From an uncultured virus (IMG/VR IMGVR_UViG_3300025408_000065) (Duplodnaviria > Heunggongvirae > Uroviricota > Caudoviricetes), in the IMG/VR virus record IMGVR_UViG_3300025408_000065: a DNA stretch of 64,000 nt; one strand, 5' to 3'. This document shows, piece after piece, positions 50,756 through 60,482 of this stretch. Below the pieces are notes generated by a model. The model worked only from the letters and a program-made list of their open reading frames with translations. It made no database searches and had not been told where the DNA came from. The stretch's first letter is position 1. Each line of letters opens with the position of its first letter. Made by a program: the position numbers and the translations under genes.

Positions 50756-52423
50756 CTATTTTTCAATATTACAGTAAAAACCAAAATAGCAAAGAATGAT
50801 AAGATAAGCAAAGTATATTGCAGATAACGAAAGATAATCATTGTCTTCGAAGTCGCCATGCATAACCTTATTTCTAATGTTGTAGCCATTAGCACCAACA
50901 CTTAATAATTGAATCAGACTGAACATATCATCTGTCATGAACTCGAGCAGTTTATTTTTATAAATATTACTGCTGTCATCTCTAAAGATGTCATTCATAT
51001 CAATCTTTGATTGATGTCCTCTTACAAATTCTGTGGTCGATATTCCTGAATTTTCGAAAAAATATCTTAGTCCATCTTCAAAAGTGGAAATTAAATTGTT
51101 CAAGTGAACATTGAAGTTCTTGTTAAGGATTCCAATAATTGCATTTTTAACTGTTTGCTTCTTTGTAGGTCTGCAAATCGGATTGTTGATAAGTAGTTGC
51201 TCAATAAAATTTTCAACTTCCTGATCCATTTTAAATGAATTCATGAAACCTACCATTACTGGTGCAACTGCAGTCTGTATTATTATATTGAATGCAATGT
51301 TCGATGCAGCTAACTCACTGGAGTCACTTGTTTTGATTGTTTTCCCTGACTTGGGATCAACCAAAACAATGGGGATAAAATCAAATGTGAACGAGCTCTT
51401 TCTTAAACCAGTTGATTGTTCTTTAATTTCCTCAACTGAAATTATTTTTAAACTCATAATTAATGTAGAGAATAACTTAAAGCTAGACATACTTTCAAAA
51501 GTAGTCCTTATCATTTCATCATGCTTTATCAGTGCATTAGTTAAATCCTTACCTAATGGCACATTATGAGATTGGATAGAGTTTAGAACTTCATTATTTG
51601 CCTTATCTAATTCAATTTTGTATTGGTTAATGAGTGTTTGATCATCCGAGAACTCTGAAACATACATGACTGCTTTCTCAAGATTAGACTGTCTAATAGT
51701 ATAGTGCATCAAATCAAGATTTGAGAAAATATAATTTGCATGTTGAAGTGCTACATCTTTCTTAGGTTTTGTATAGGTCTTCGCATAATCAAAGATTTTA
51801 TCATATATCTCAAACTCATGTATATCTTTAGGTTTTGATGATAATGCAAAAGTTGTCAAATCTTTAGTAAATTCAAAGTGTGCTTTTGAAGTAATGTTCA
51901 TATCTTGTAGTACTGTCAATATTTTATAAAATACTCGTGCAAGATATTTATTCATAAGATTTTGCATGTCTTTTATATTAGCAAATATTTCATTCAATAA
52001 AATTTTTGCATCTTCGGGACTAAGATAAGTTTTTAGTTTGTTAACTAAATACTCTATTCTGTTGCTAGGTGCGTAAGTATCTGCTTTTGGCAAAAATTGA
52101 ATCAACTCATTGATAGACTTCTTTGCTAAATCAATATAATTTGAAAGATGAGATTCCTTATACAACAACTTCTCGATTAATAAACACTTGATGCTTGTGT
52201 TGTTACTCTGATTTATGAGCTCAAGCATAATAGCTTCATTTTCATCTGTTCTTTGCTTCTCTATATAATTATATTTATCCACAAAGTCAAAGATTTCATG
52301 AATACAAGGAGAGGATTTACTTTGCTCATACAAAAACATCGTATTATCGAGATGATTGAGATCGTAATTACTTACTATTGATTTATACTCACTGCAATTC
52401 ATCAATTTTTCTATAGTTAACAC
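50756..52423 (-). CDS. DUF4209-like (HEPN-related) protein
   Basis: C-terminal FEDGLR...GYNIRNKVMHG. Confidence 0.7.
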   Translation of the reverse strand: MLTIEKLMNCSEYKSIVSNYDLNHLDNTMFLYEQSKSSPCIHEIFDFVDKYNYIEKQRTDENEAIMLELINQSNNTSIKCLLIEKLLYKESHLSNYIDLAKKSINELIQFLPKADTYAPSNRIEYLVNKLKTYLSPEDAKILLNEIFANIKDMQNLMNKYLARVFYKILTVLQDMNITSKAHFEFTKDLTTFALSSKPKDIHEFEIYDKIFDYAKTYTKPKKDVALQHANYIFSNLDLMHYTIRQSNLEKAVMYVSEFSDDQTLINQYKIELDKANNEVLNSIQSHNVPLGKDLTNALIKHDEMIRTTFESMSSFKLFSTLIMSLKIISVEEIKEQSTGLRKSSFTFDFIPIVLVDPKSGKTIKTSDSSELAASNIAFNIIIQTAVAPVMVGFMNSFKMDQEVENFIEQLLINNPICRPTKKQTVKNAIIGILNKNFNVHLNNLISTFEDGLRYFFENSGISTTEFVRGHQSKIDMNDIFRDDSSNIYKNKLLEFMTDDMFSLIQLLSVGANGYNIRNKVMHGDFEDNDYLSLSAIYFAYLIILCYFGFYCNIEK

Positions 52424-52475
52424 AAAATACCACCTAATTTCATAATCTCAAAAATCTTACTTTCCATTTTTTAAT

Positions 52476-52527
52476 TGCCACCCTGTACGGTACCTATATT
52501 ATAACAAATTGGTATTAGTGGGGGGAT
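52476..52527 (-). other. Candidate cos/packaging initiation site
   Basis: GC-rich CCCCCC...GGTACCGTACAGGGTGG between HNH and terS, the usual cos position in HK97-like phages. Confidence 0.35.
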
Positions 52528-52531
52528 ACAT

Positions 52532-52567
52532 AAAAGCATTCACCTATCAAAAAAGTGAATGCCTTTT
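52532..52567. terminator. Terminator after the protease gene
   Basis: AAAAGCATTCAC / GTGAATGCCTTTT. Confidence 0.65.
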
Positions 52568-52575
52568 AACAAGTA

Positions 52576-53772
52576 TTAGTTTAAAACTACTGAAACACCA
52601 AGTTGACTCACAATATTATCAATTTTAATTGTTAAACTTGTTGTTCCATCGCCTGCAAAATTAATCCCTACTAAGCCATAATTAACACTTCGAGGGTAGT
52701 ATCTAACAAGAGGTCCACCACTGTCTCCACCTTCGAGTACAATTGAAGTTTCGATTAAATCATAGAAATATTCACCAGAAATAGTTTCAGCCGTATCAAC
52801 ACTTAGTACTTGACCATATTGATAATTAGTTGTCACTCCATGAGATTTGACATTTGAACCTTCAACAACGTAGTCTAACCATTTTATGTAATAAGTACCA
52901 CTTGATTGTCCAACTTGATGAATTATGTTTGATACTCCCCATGTATTTTGATCACTGAATGGCACAAATGCTGCATCAACTGTTCCGCCGAAAATCGAAA
53001 TGTTTGCTTTCCCAATAAAAACGTTGCCGTTAGTGAACATTGAATAATCATAAGGTGCAACATGTGAGTTCGTGACGATACCATTTAAGCCATTTCTTGT
53101 AGCATTAAACCCAACGGTTCCATACCATTGATCAAACCATATGAAGAGAATTTTCTTTCTGTATTTAATCTTGTCAGCTGAATATACATACGATAATAGT
53201 ATTCTTTCTTCCTTAATTGAAATTTCAATCATATTTGAAGCATAGTCCTTATATGTCATATCGAGAAAAGTAATGACATCGATTGCTGACTCAGAATCAT
53301 TTACGGTTACTTTAAGTTTGTTTTCTGATTGATCGATCGATACAGCAGAAATGTTTAAATCAGTCATCTTTAGTAGGTAGTCTCTCATTATTTTCAAATC
53401 GATGAGTGAATATACCTTTTCTTCAAAAATGTAGCTATTTGATTTTATGCCAACACTATCCAAATGCTCTTGATAAGCTTTTTTTGCTTCATCAAAGGAT
53501 AGTATACTTGTTACTTTTAGTCCTAAAACAATATCGTTCGATTCATTTAAGTATATACCCGCATAACTTTTAAGCAAATAATCATTTTCACTACCCTGCC
53601 AAGTAGCTATCTGATTATTGATCTTTAAAGCAATGTCGGTATTCTCATAATTCTTAATTTCCGATAACTCATTTTCATTGTATGAATCACTAGAATCACT
53701 CGCATTAATAACAGAAGCATTAAACATGAAAATTAATAGTGCCAATAATACTAAAATAATTTTTTTACTCAT
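52576..53772 (-). CDS. Secreted S1 (chymotrypsin/alpha-lytic-like) serine protease with prodomain
   Basis: Signal peptide; TNSH, DAAF and GDSGGP catalytic triad motifs. Confidence 0.88.
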   Translation of the reverse strand: MSKKIILVLLALLIFMFNASVINASDSSDSYNENELSEIKNYENTDIALKINNQIATWQGSENDYLLKSYAGIYLNESNDIVLGLKVTSILSFDEAKKAYQEHLDSVGIKSNSYIFEEKVYSLIDLKIMRDYLLKMTDLNISAVSIDQSENKLKVTVNDSESAIDVITFLDMTYKDYASNMIEISIKEERILLSYVYSADKIKYRKKILFIWFDQWYGTVGFNATRNGLNGIVTNSHVAPYDYSMFTNGNVFIGKANISIFGGTVDAAFVPFSDQNTWGVSNIIHQVGQSSGTYYIKWLDYVVEGSNVKSHGVTTNYQYGQVLSVDTAETISGEYFYDLIETSIVLEGGDSGGPLVRYYPRSVNYGLVGINFAGDGTTSLTIKIDNIVSQLGVSVVLN

Positions 53773-53872
53773 TATTTACTTCTTCTCCTTTGTGTTTAGT
53801 CATAAACTTCAATTTAATATAGCGAAATATCACAACTACAGTGGGAAGTTAGTTTAAGATCAAAATATCACA

Positions 53873-54208
53873 TTACAAAAATAAATCGATTAATTCTTTT
53901 GTTCTTTTCCATTCAAACTTACAGTTTGCTAAGAAACTCACCCCTTCCTTCGTAATAGCGTAGTACTTTTTTTTTGGCAGATTATCATTTTTCACCCAAT
54001 ATGATGTGATATATCCGTATTTCTCTAATCGTTGAAATGTTGTATATAGTGTTGCTTCATTAAATATAAGACTATGATTGGTTCTAGTTTCAATTATTTT
54101 ATTTATTTTGTAACCATATAAATCCTCATTAGAAAGTATAGAAAGAATTATCTTCTCTGTATATCCTCTTAATGTGTCACCAAATATTACATTCTTGTTA
54201 TCGTTCAT
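53873..54208 (-). CDS. PadR-family transcriptional regulator
   Basis: YGYKI, EATLYTTFQRLE, KKYYAITKEG. Confidence 0.92.
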   Translation of the reverse strand: MNDNKNVIFGDTLRGYTEKIILSILSNEDLYGYKINKIIETRTNHSLIFNEATLYTTFQRLEKYGYITSYWVKNDNLPKKKYYAITKEGVSFLANCKFEWKRTKELIDLFL

Positions 54209-55379
54209 AAACTATTTTTTCAATAACTCCCAAGAACTTTGTATGCATTAATGAGTACATAAACCCAATAACAGTAACCATTAGAGGAATTAGTAGGCTT
54301 ATTCTATTTTCAGATAAGAATAATAACAATATTTGAGACAATATTAAACTCAATAATACAAAGCCATATAATGAAAACCATAATCTGAGCGAAAAAATTT
54401 TAGTGCATATTAAATATATTCCTACTGCAAAACTTCCCACAAATGCAATGTAATTTGGTATCATAGCTTGATAAAATCTGCCTTCGAGTAGATAAACCCA
54501 AAAGTGTACAGAATCAATTAAGACCAAATCTCCCTGAAAATCAATACTTGGAATCAACTCATAAACTTGCACATTACTAATCAAAATCAATGCAAAAACA
54601 AAAGTCAACGTTAAAAATATAGACAAGGTTCTACCAATTGAAAATGTGGTTTTCTTAATTTGTCCTGTTGTAATCTTTGTTTTGCTTTTATTAATGTTTA
54701 TCTTTGAAATTTGACTATTTGTCCATAACCTTTTTTTCATGATTATTAGTGATAAAGGATAACCTATAATAAACACCCCAATTAGGAGGATAACTATAAA
54801 GGTTACAATTACAAACCATAATGGTGATACTTTAGTTAACCAATCAATTATACTAATACTTTTAATATCTAGTAATAACCTGAAAAGTAAGTCCCAAACA
54901 AATATTGTGTAGGAAAAAATCAATAGAACAACACTATAACTTAATAGTTGATTAGTTAATTTTGATCTTATATGTTTTGATTCTTCAGATTCAATATTAT
55001 CCATTAGTCTATCATTTTCATCCAATTTTGAAAGTTCAAATGTGAAGTATAAGAAAACGAAAGTGTAAAGAATATACCCGATTGGACTAAAGAAAAACAT
55101 AAATACTGTACCAGTTAATATCATTACAAACAAAATCATTAGATTCTTTTTATACCAACGTGTTGGATTACTAGAGATGTCGTTAAGCATGGAAATGGCA
55201 AAACTACCTGTTTGCAAAATAGTTTTTTTATACGCATCCTCTTCACTCAACCCAGATGAAATAAGTTCATAGTAACGTTCAGTTAGGTTGGATGTTATCT
55301 CATCAACAACTTCTTTTCTATTCTTAAAACTGTATTGTTTAATCTCATTATTCACATATAATCTAATCCTGTTTTGCAT
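54198..55379 (-). CDS. Membrane protein with permease-prefix/HAAS-like N-domain
   Basis: EITSNLTERYYEL..GLSEEDAY followed by multiple TMs; start moved to MQNRI. Confidence 0.75.
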   Translation of the reverse strand: MQNRIRLYVNNEIKQYSFKNRKEVVDEITSNLTERYYELISSGLSEEDAYKKTILQTGSFAISMLNDISSNPTRWYKKNLMILFVMILTGTVFMFFFSPIGYILYTFVFLYFTFELSKLDENDRLMDNIESEESKHIRSKLTNQLLSYSVVLLIFSYTIFVWDLLFRLLLDIKSISIIDWLTKVSPLWFVIVTFIVILLIGVFIIGYPLSLIIMKKRLWTNSQISKININKSKTKITTGQIKKTTFSIGRTLSIFLTLTFVFALILISNVQVYELIPSIDFQGDLVLIDSVHFWVYLLEGRFYQAMIPNYIAFVGSFAVGIYLICTKIFSLRLWFSLYGFVLLSLILSQILLLFLSENRISLLIPLMVTVIGFMYSLMHTKFLGVIEKIVYER

Positions 55380-55476
55380 AGAAATTCCTCCATAATTAAT
55401 TCTACAGGTACCTAGCCTGCCTATGTAGATTATATATTGAATTATATATGATGTCAATAATTATTATTGCATTTTC

Positions 55477-55758
55477 CTAATTAACCATATTTCCTAGTTT
55501 ATCGAATCTATTAATTTTACTGAAACGTTTGTGTTCCCTATTATGGCATTCCCTACAAAGTAGTTCCAAGTTTTCTTGATTAAGGCTGATTGATGAATCA
55601 TTAACATTGTCGACGGATAGTATTTCCTTGTGGTGAACATCGATTCCAACTTGTCTACAACGTTCACAAAGTCCATTGACAGACATTATCTTTATTTCAC
55701 GAGCGGCAAGCCATGCAGATGACTTATAGAAATTATGCAGAACCTTTGGCTTTTTCAT
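55477..55758 (-). CDS. Packaging-associated HNH endonuclease
   Basis: FYKSSAW, CERC, VHH, NLELLCRECHNREH. Confidence 0.9.
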   Translation of the reverse strand: MKKPKVLHNFYKSSAWLAAREIKIMSVNGLCERCRQVGIDVHHKEILSVDNVNDSSISLNQENLELLCRECHNREHKRFSKINRFDKLGNMVN

Positions 55759-56872
55759 ATGCTTCTCTTAGCTCAGCTGCTTTTGCTTCCACATGTTCCC
55801 AGAGAACTGACAAATCTTCTCTGCCAATATGTCCGTACTTTGCTAACTCCTGGAACTTCACTTTTTCAAACTCTAATTCTTTACGAATGTTTGTTGGAGT
55901 GAAATCAAAGTGTTGATTTACTATTTCTAGTAATTGATCATCAGATAACTTACCAGTACCAAATGTATCAATCGATACTGCAACTGGATTTGCAACACCA
56001 ATGGAATATGACACACAAACTTCGCACGTGTCGGCCAATTCTGCCGCCACAAGGGCTTTTGCAACGTATCTGGCATAATAACTCGCACAGCGATCAACCT
56101 TGCTTACGTCCTTGCCAGAAAAGGCTCCACCACCATGTTTAGCATAGCCGCCATATGTGTCTACGATAATTTTTCTACCAGTTAATCCGGAATCACCATA
56201 CGGACCACCAATGACGAATGCTCCTGTTGGATTGATGATTACATTGATACCAGTCAAATCTTTACCGATCATTGGTTTGAGTACTTCTTCAATAATGATT
56301 TCTTTTGCGAGTGATAGACTTGCTCCTGGTCTTGTTTGGGCTGAAACAATAATCGTGTCGTATGTAAAAGGTTGACCATCTACATATCTTACCGATACTT
56401 GGCACTTACCATCTGGACCAAAGATGTGGTTATACTTAGCTTTTCTCAGTGCATCTATTTCTTTTGCAATCTCATGTGCTACTACAATAGGTAGTGGCAT
56501 GAGCTCAGGAGTTTCATTACATGCAAAGCCATACATCATCCCCTGATCACCAGCACCTTGTTGATGATCCAGGGTTTCATTAACACCTTGTGCAATATCA
56601 GTTGATTGTTTGGATATTTTTTCAAGCACACAAAACTCATCGTCATAGCCGATGTCCTTAAGTACTTTTTTTGCGATTTCAGAATACTCTACTGTGGCGG
56701 TAGTTGTTACCTCACCAAAGATAACCACTAAGTCATCTTTGATAGCAGATTCTACTGCTACTCTTGCTGCTTGGTCTTGTTCCAGGATTGCGTCTAATAT
56801 AGCATCACTGATTTGGTCACATATTTTATCTGGATGTCCACTAAAGACAGATTCGCTTGTTATGATTTTCAT
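55733..56872 (-). CDS. metK: S-adenosylmethionine synthetase
   Basis: GHPDK, GAGDQG, GGGAFSGKD signatures. Confidence 0.96.
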   Translation of the reverse strand: MKIITSESVFSGHPDKICDQISDAILDAILEQDQAARVAVESAIKDDLVVIFGEVTTTATVEYSEIAKKVLKDIGYDDEFCVLEKISKQSTDIAQGVNETLDHQQGAGDQGMMYGFACNETPELMPLPIVVAHEIAKEIDALRKAKYNHIFGPDGKCQVSVRYVDGQPFTYDTIIVSAQTRPGASLSLAKEIIIEEVLKPMIGKDLTGINVIINPTGAFVIGGPYGDSGLTGRKIIVDTYGGYAKHGGGAFSGKDVSKVDRCASYYARYVAKALVAAELADTCEVCVSYSIGVANPVAVSIDTFGTGKLSDDQLLEIVNQHFDFTPTNIRKELEFEKVKFQELAKYGHIGREDLSVLWEHVEAKAAELREAYEKAKGSA

Positions 56873-56938
56873 GTTGTCCTCTTTCTAGCAAGAAAAAAGA
56901 AGCCTTGGCTTCCGTAATTTGCTTTGATTTGTATTTTT

Positions 56939-57235
56939 TTATTTTAATACTGCCTTCGGTAGGTAGGCTGTGTATCTGGCGTAATGGTATCCTTCACTTT
57001 CGATTAGAATACCAAAGTCATGAGATTCTGATGTAACTAGGATACAATGAAATACTTCATTTTGGTCACAATACATGTGCTCAAGATTCTCTTTTATGAA
57101 ATCGTAGTCATTCAGTGGATCCTTAATGAAACACTCGAACAAGTCTTTATCAATAACTAATTGTTTTTCGATAACGAACTCATCCTGAGGAATGAGTTCA
57201 TTTGAGGTCGCTTTACGTGTAAAATTGGTTTTCAT
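56939..57235 (-). CDS. DUF6329-like phage protein
   Basis: DYDFI..N...M, HCILV, GILIESEGYHYARY. Confidence 0.7.
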   Translation of the reverse strand: MKTNFTRKATSNELIPQDEFVIEKQLVIDKDLFECFIKDPLNDYDFIKENLEHMYCDQNEVFHCILVTSESHDFGILIESEGYHYARYTAYLPKAVLK

Positions 57236-57248
57236 TTTGATAATCCTT

Positions 57249-57635
57249 CTACTCTATTTTCCATGCAGTATAAACACTTCGGTAAGTGCAGTCCCATGTA
57301 TCTAGAATGACACCATCTTTACAAACTGTTATGTGTCCAGTCATTTTAAGCACGAAGGTTCCCTTTGGATAAAGCTCAGTAAAATCAGTACCTTTGATTC
57401 TTGGTTGACCCTTTATTGCTTTAAATATCAATCTCGGTCTGTTTTCAAAATACTTATATAAGCATTCGGTATCTTTATAACTAGCAAACTTCCATTCTCG
57501 TTTGAACTGGTTAAGCTCTCTTCTGCACTCCATGTAGTCTTTATTCATAGCTGTGCTGATAGCTCTAACCACACAATCGGTTGTTTTGATTCCCTTGGGG
57601 TGAGCATTGTATTCCTTAAACATTACTTTATCCAT
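57249..57635 (-). CDS. Conserved phage protein with Cys/His/Asp motifs
   Basis: DCVVRAIS, GHITVCKDG, DTWDC. Confidence 0.65.
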   Translation of the reverse strand: MDKVMFKEYNAHPKGIKTTDCVVRAISTAMNKDYMECRRELNQFKREWKFASYKDTECLYKYFENRPRLIFKAIKGQPRIKGTDFTELYPKGTFVLKMTGHITVCKDGVILDTWDCTYRSVYTAWKIE

Positions 57636-58051
57636 CCTTGATTCAACCATTTAACAAGTTTTCTTGATGAGTTTGATTCAAATACTGGTTTCTCAAATCC
57701 ATCCAATCTTTCGTAGGCTGTATACTTGAAATCATTCCAAATACAATCAATCTGAACTACGATAAGATTGTTGTTTGTTTCAATATCTGCGATTCTGAAA
57801 TCATCGTAGAGTGGACCGTTTAACGGGCAGTTGTTCTTAAACCACACATAACTTGTCTCAAGGTCAACTTTTCCACCAGTTCTGATTTGCTTAATGATAT
57901 TACCCATCTTTTTTGTTTTATTTGCTAGACTTGAATCCTTACAAAACCAATCGAACCATCCAGCTTTGATTTGTGTTTGAGTATCTTTTTTATCGAACTC
58001 ACCTTGATTAAAGTATTGAATCCATTGACTAAGCGTTATTAGCTTTTCCAT
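57623..58051 (-). CDS. Hypothetical phage protein
   Basis: GWFDWFC, FKNNCP, LYDDFR; start moved to MEKLIT after GGAGG. Confidence 0.65.
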   Translation of the reverse strand: MEKLITLSQWIQYFNQGEFDKKDTQTQIKAGWFDWFCKDSSLANKTKKMGNIIKQIRTGGKVDLETSYVWFKNNCPLNGPLYDDFRIADIETNNNLIVVQIDCIWNDFKYTAYERLDGFEKPVFESNSSRKLVKWLNQGWIK

Positions 58052-58355
58052 TACTGAATCCTCCAACTTCATCTTTTCTGATAAATGCTGAATATTTAGC
58101 ATAACTAGCGCCATCGGCTTGAACTAGAATTCCATAGTCTATTTCTTTAGTGGTTACTATAATTGCGTGCCAAACGTTGTTGCTATCTGTGTACATCAAA
58201 TCTTTATGTGCTTTTATGAAGTTGTAATCGCCAAGAATATTATCTAAAAACTTATTAAACTGCTTAAGTGGTAATTCAACTAACTTTTCAATTACATAGA
58301 CATCCTGCGGTACAACTTGTTCTTTGCATGTATTCGTTTCAAATCTAACTTTCAT
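58029..58355 (-). CDS. DUF6329-like protein, paralog of 56939-57235
   Basis: DYNFI, HAIIV, GILVQADGASYAKY. Confidence 0.7.
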   Translation of the reverse strand: MKVRFETNTCKEQVVPQDVYVIEKLVELPLKQFNKFLDNILGDYNFIKAHKDLMYTDSNNVWHAIIVTTKEIDYGILVQADGASYAKYSAFIRKDEVGGFSNGKANNA

Positions 58356-58384
58356 CGTTAACTCCTCTTTTCTAACCTTATTGG

Positions 58385-58423
58385 GTTACTATATATATCA
58401 CTCTAAAGGCTATTAATAGCAAG
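58385..58423 (-). promoter_or_regulatory. CTTGCTATT-N6-CTTTAGAGTGATATATA motif, copy 3
   Basis: Upstream of the DUF6329-like cassette. Confidence 0.7.
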
Positions 58424-58445
58424 TCAATTCGACGAGTTTTGCTCA

Positions 58446-59657
58446 CTATAGAGACAAATTCTGAAAGTTATCAATTTTGTTTAAATCTATCTTCTTACCA
58501 CCACGGATCAGGTAGCAATCGTCACTTGATCTTTTGTGTCTTATATATCTTTTTACAATCACATCTACGAATCTTTCATCGAGTTCCATTGAGAAAGATT
58601 TCCTTTGAAGCTGATCGGATGCAATCATAGTTGATCCTGAACCACCAAACAAATCCAATACACATTCATTCACTCTTGACGAATTTGCAATCGCTCTTCC
58701 ACAAAGTTCAAGTGGTTTCATAGTTGGATGTTCTTCATTTCGTTTAGGTTTGTTATATTCCCAAATGGTGTCTTGTGTGCGGTCATCTATAAAATAATGA
58801 GCAGCACCTTCTTTCCAACCATAAAGGATTGGCTCATGTCTCCAGTGATAATCTTGTCTACCTAACACGAGTGCATTCTTAACCCAGACTAAGCACTCCG
58901 CCAACTTGAAACCGGCGTTTTTGAATGCAGTTCTAAAGTTGATACCTTCAGTGTCTGCATGACAAACATAAATAGCACCACCAGGTTTGGTTGCTTCAAA
59001 CATATTGGTGAATGCGTCAAATAAAAAAAGATAGAAGCTATTATCTTCCATCTTATCATTCTTAATCTTCCCAGCTGTACCTTCATAATCCACATTGTAT
59101 GGTGGATCGGTGAAGATCATATCAATCTTTTGACCATCAAGAAGTCTTTGAACATCTTGTTTCTTGGTTGAATCTCCACACATAACTCTGTGATTACCTA
59201 ATAAATAGATATCTCCAATTTCTGAATAAGGTGTTTCACCCATTTCATCAGATGGGTAAAAGTCATCATCAGATGCATTATCTGGAACATCTGACTCTAG
59301 TTCTTCAAAACCAAACTGAAGCATATCAATATCAATATGTAAAAGTTCTTCTTCTAGTTTACTGAAATCCCAGGTAGCAAGTTCTGCTGTCTTGTTATCT
59401 GCCAAGCGAAAAGCCTTAATTTGCCCTTCTGTGAGGTCATCAGCAATAATGCAAGGAACAGTTGCTAATCCTAGTTTAAGGCTCGCTTTGAGCCGAGTGT
59501 GCCCTGCAATTATGACCAGATCCTTAGTGATCACAATAGGAACCTTGAATCCGAACTCTTTGATACTATTAGCTACAGCATCAACTGCAGCATCATTATT
59601 TCTTGGGTTGTTTTCGTATATTAACAACTCCGAGGGTTTCTTCATCACTATGTTCAT
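58446..59657 (-). CDS. ParB-like domain plus N6/N4 DNA methyltransferase
   Basis: IIAGHTR ParB motif; DPPY, HPTMKP, LDLFGGSGST. Confidence 0.93.
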   Translation of the reverse strand: MNIVMKKPSELLIYENNPRNNDAAVDAVANSIKEFGFKVPIVITKDLVIIAGHTRLKASLKLGLATVPCIIADDLTEGQIKAFRLADNKTAELATWDFSKLEEELLHIDIDMLQFGFEELESDVPDNASDDDFYPSDEMGETPYSEIGDIYLLGNHRVMCGDSTKKQDVQRLLDGQKIDMIFTDPPYNVDYEGTAGKIKNDKMEDNSFYLFLFDAFTNMFEATKPGGAIYVCHADTEGINFRTAFKNAGFKLAECLVWVKNALVLGRQDYHWRHEPILYGWKEGAAHYFIDDRTQDTIWEYNKPKRNEEHPTMKPLELCGRAIANSSRVNECVLDLFGGSGSTMIASDQLQRKSFSMELDERFVDVIVKRYIRHKRSSDDCYLIRGGKKIDLNKIDNFQNLSL

Positions 59658-60114
59658 TAATCCAAGTTTCCTCGCCTTTTTCTATGCGTTTCAGCATGAT
59701 GTCTATTTCTTCTTTACGTTCGTTGTATTCTCGTCCGAACTTAATAATTAATAAGTATTTGATAGCATTAAAATCGGGTAGAGCTTTCTTCTTAGTTTTA
59801 ACAAGTTTCTTCTTCGTCCCCGATGGTGTTTCTTCTATGATAGTTTGTATTTCTTCATACTCCATACCAACTGCTCTTTGGAACAGTGCGTCCATGAGTT
59901 TATACTTAAGTTCATTATCACCATTGATAAATGCTTGATTTAGCCTTGGATGAGCACGCTTCAATTTAATCAAAGTGTTCTCACTTAAGTTCATGGCTTT
60001 GGCGATATCCTTTTGGATAATCCGCCTAGCTACCATTTCTTGAATGCTTTTTATTCTTTCATCAAGTACTCCATCAGCCTCCCATTGCTGATACGTATCC
60101 AGTACCTTTGGCAC
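59596..60114 (-). CDS. HTH phage protein heading the late operon (terminase-small-like)
   Basis: QKDIAKAMNLSENTL HTH; ALFQRAVG; PDFNAIKYLL. Confidence 0.7.
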   Translation of the reverse strand: MPKVLDTYQQWEADGVLDERIKSIQEMVARRIIQKDIAKAMNLSENTLIKLKRAHPRLNQAFINGDNELKYKLMDALFQRAVGMEYEEIQTIIEETPSGTKKKLVKTKKKALPDFNAIKYLLIIKFGREYNERKEEIDIMLKRIEKGEETWINEHSDEETLGVVNIRKQPKK

Positions 60115-60272
60115 ATCGATTCCAACCTTTCAGGGTTCAGTAATTTTATCCAAAACTGAAGTTATCCAAGGGTTGAATACTACATATTTTTCTGCAAAAG
60201 AAAAGAAACCCCCTTGTTTGAGAGTTTCTATCTTCTAGGCTTCATTTAGAGCCAGTATTCCACGCTAATTGT

Positions 60273-60301
60273 AGTATATGTAACAAGTCAATTTTTGTCT
60301 A
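60273..60301 (-). promoter_or_regulatory. Putative promoter of the late operon
   Basis: TAGACA-17bp-TATACT. Confidence 0.5.
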
Positions 60302-60482
60302 CATGCCAGCGGCACACTAATCATTCAAAATAACTGTTTTAGTGCTTTTTTTCCCGTATCTGTTGAAATATACTTAACAACTACTTGAACATGGCTTGTT
60401 CTTGTATTGCTGATAACTTGGCATTACTGTTCACAAGGATTATCGGTAGAATAGTTAGTTAATGAGATGATAAATTTATAAA

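Noticed and set aside
56873..56938. SAM riboswitch upstream of metK
   Set aside because: The gap is only ~65 bp with a small hairpin; no S-box or SMK consensus.
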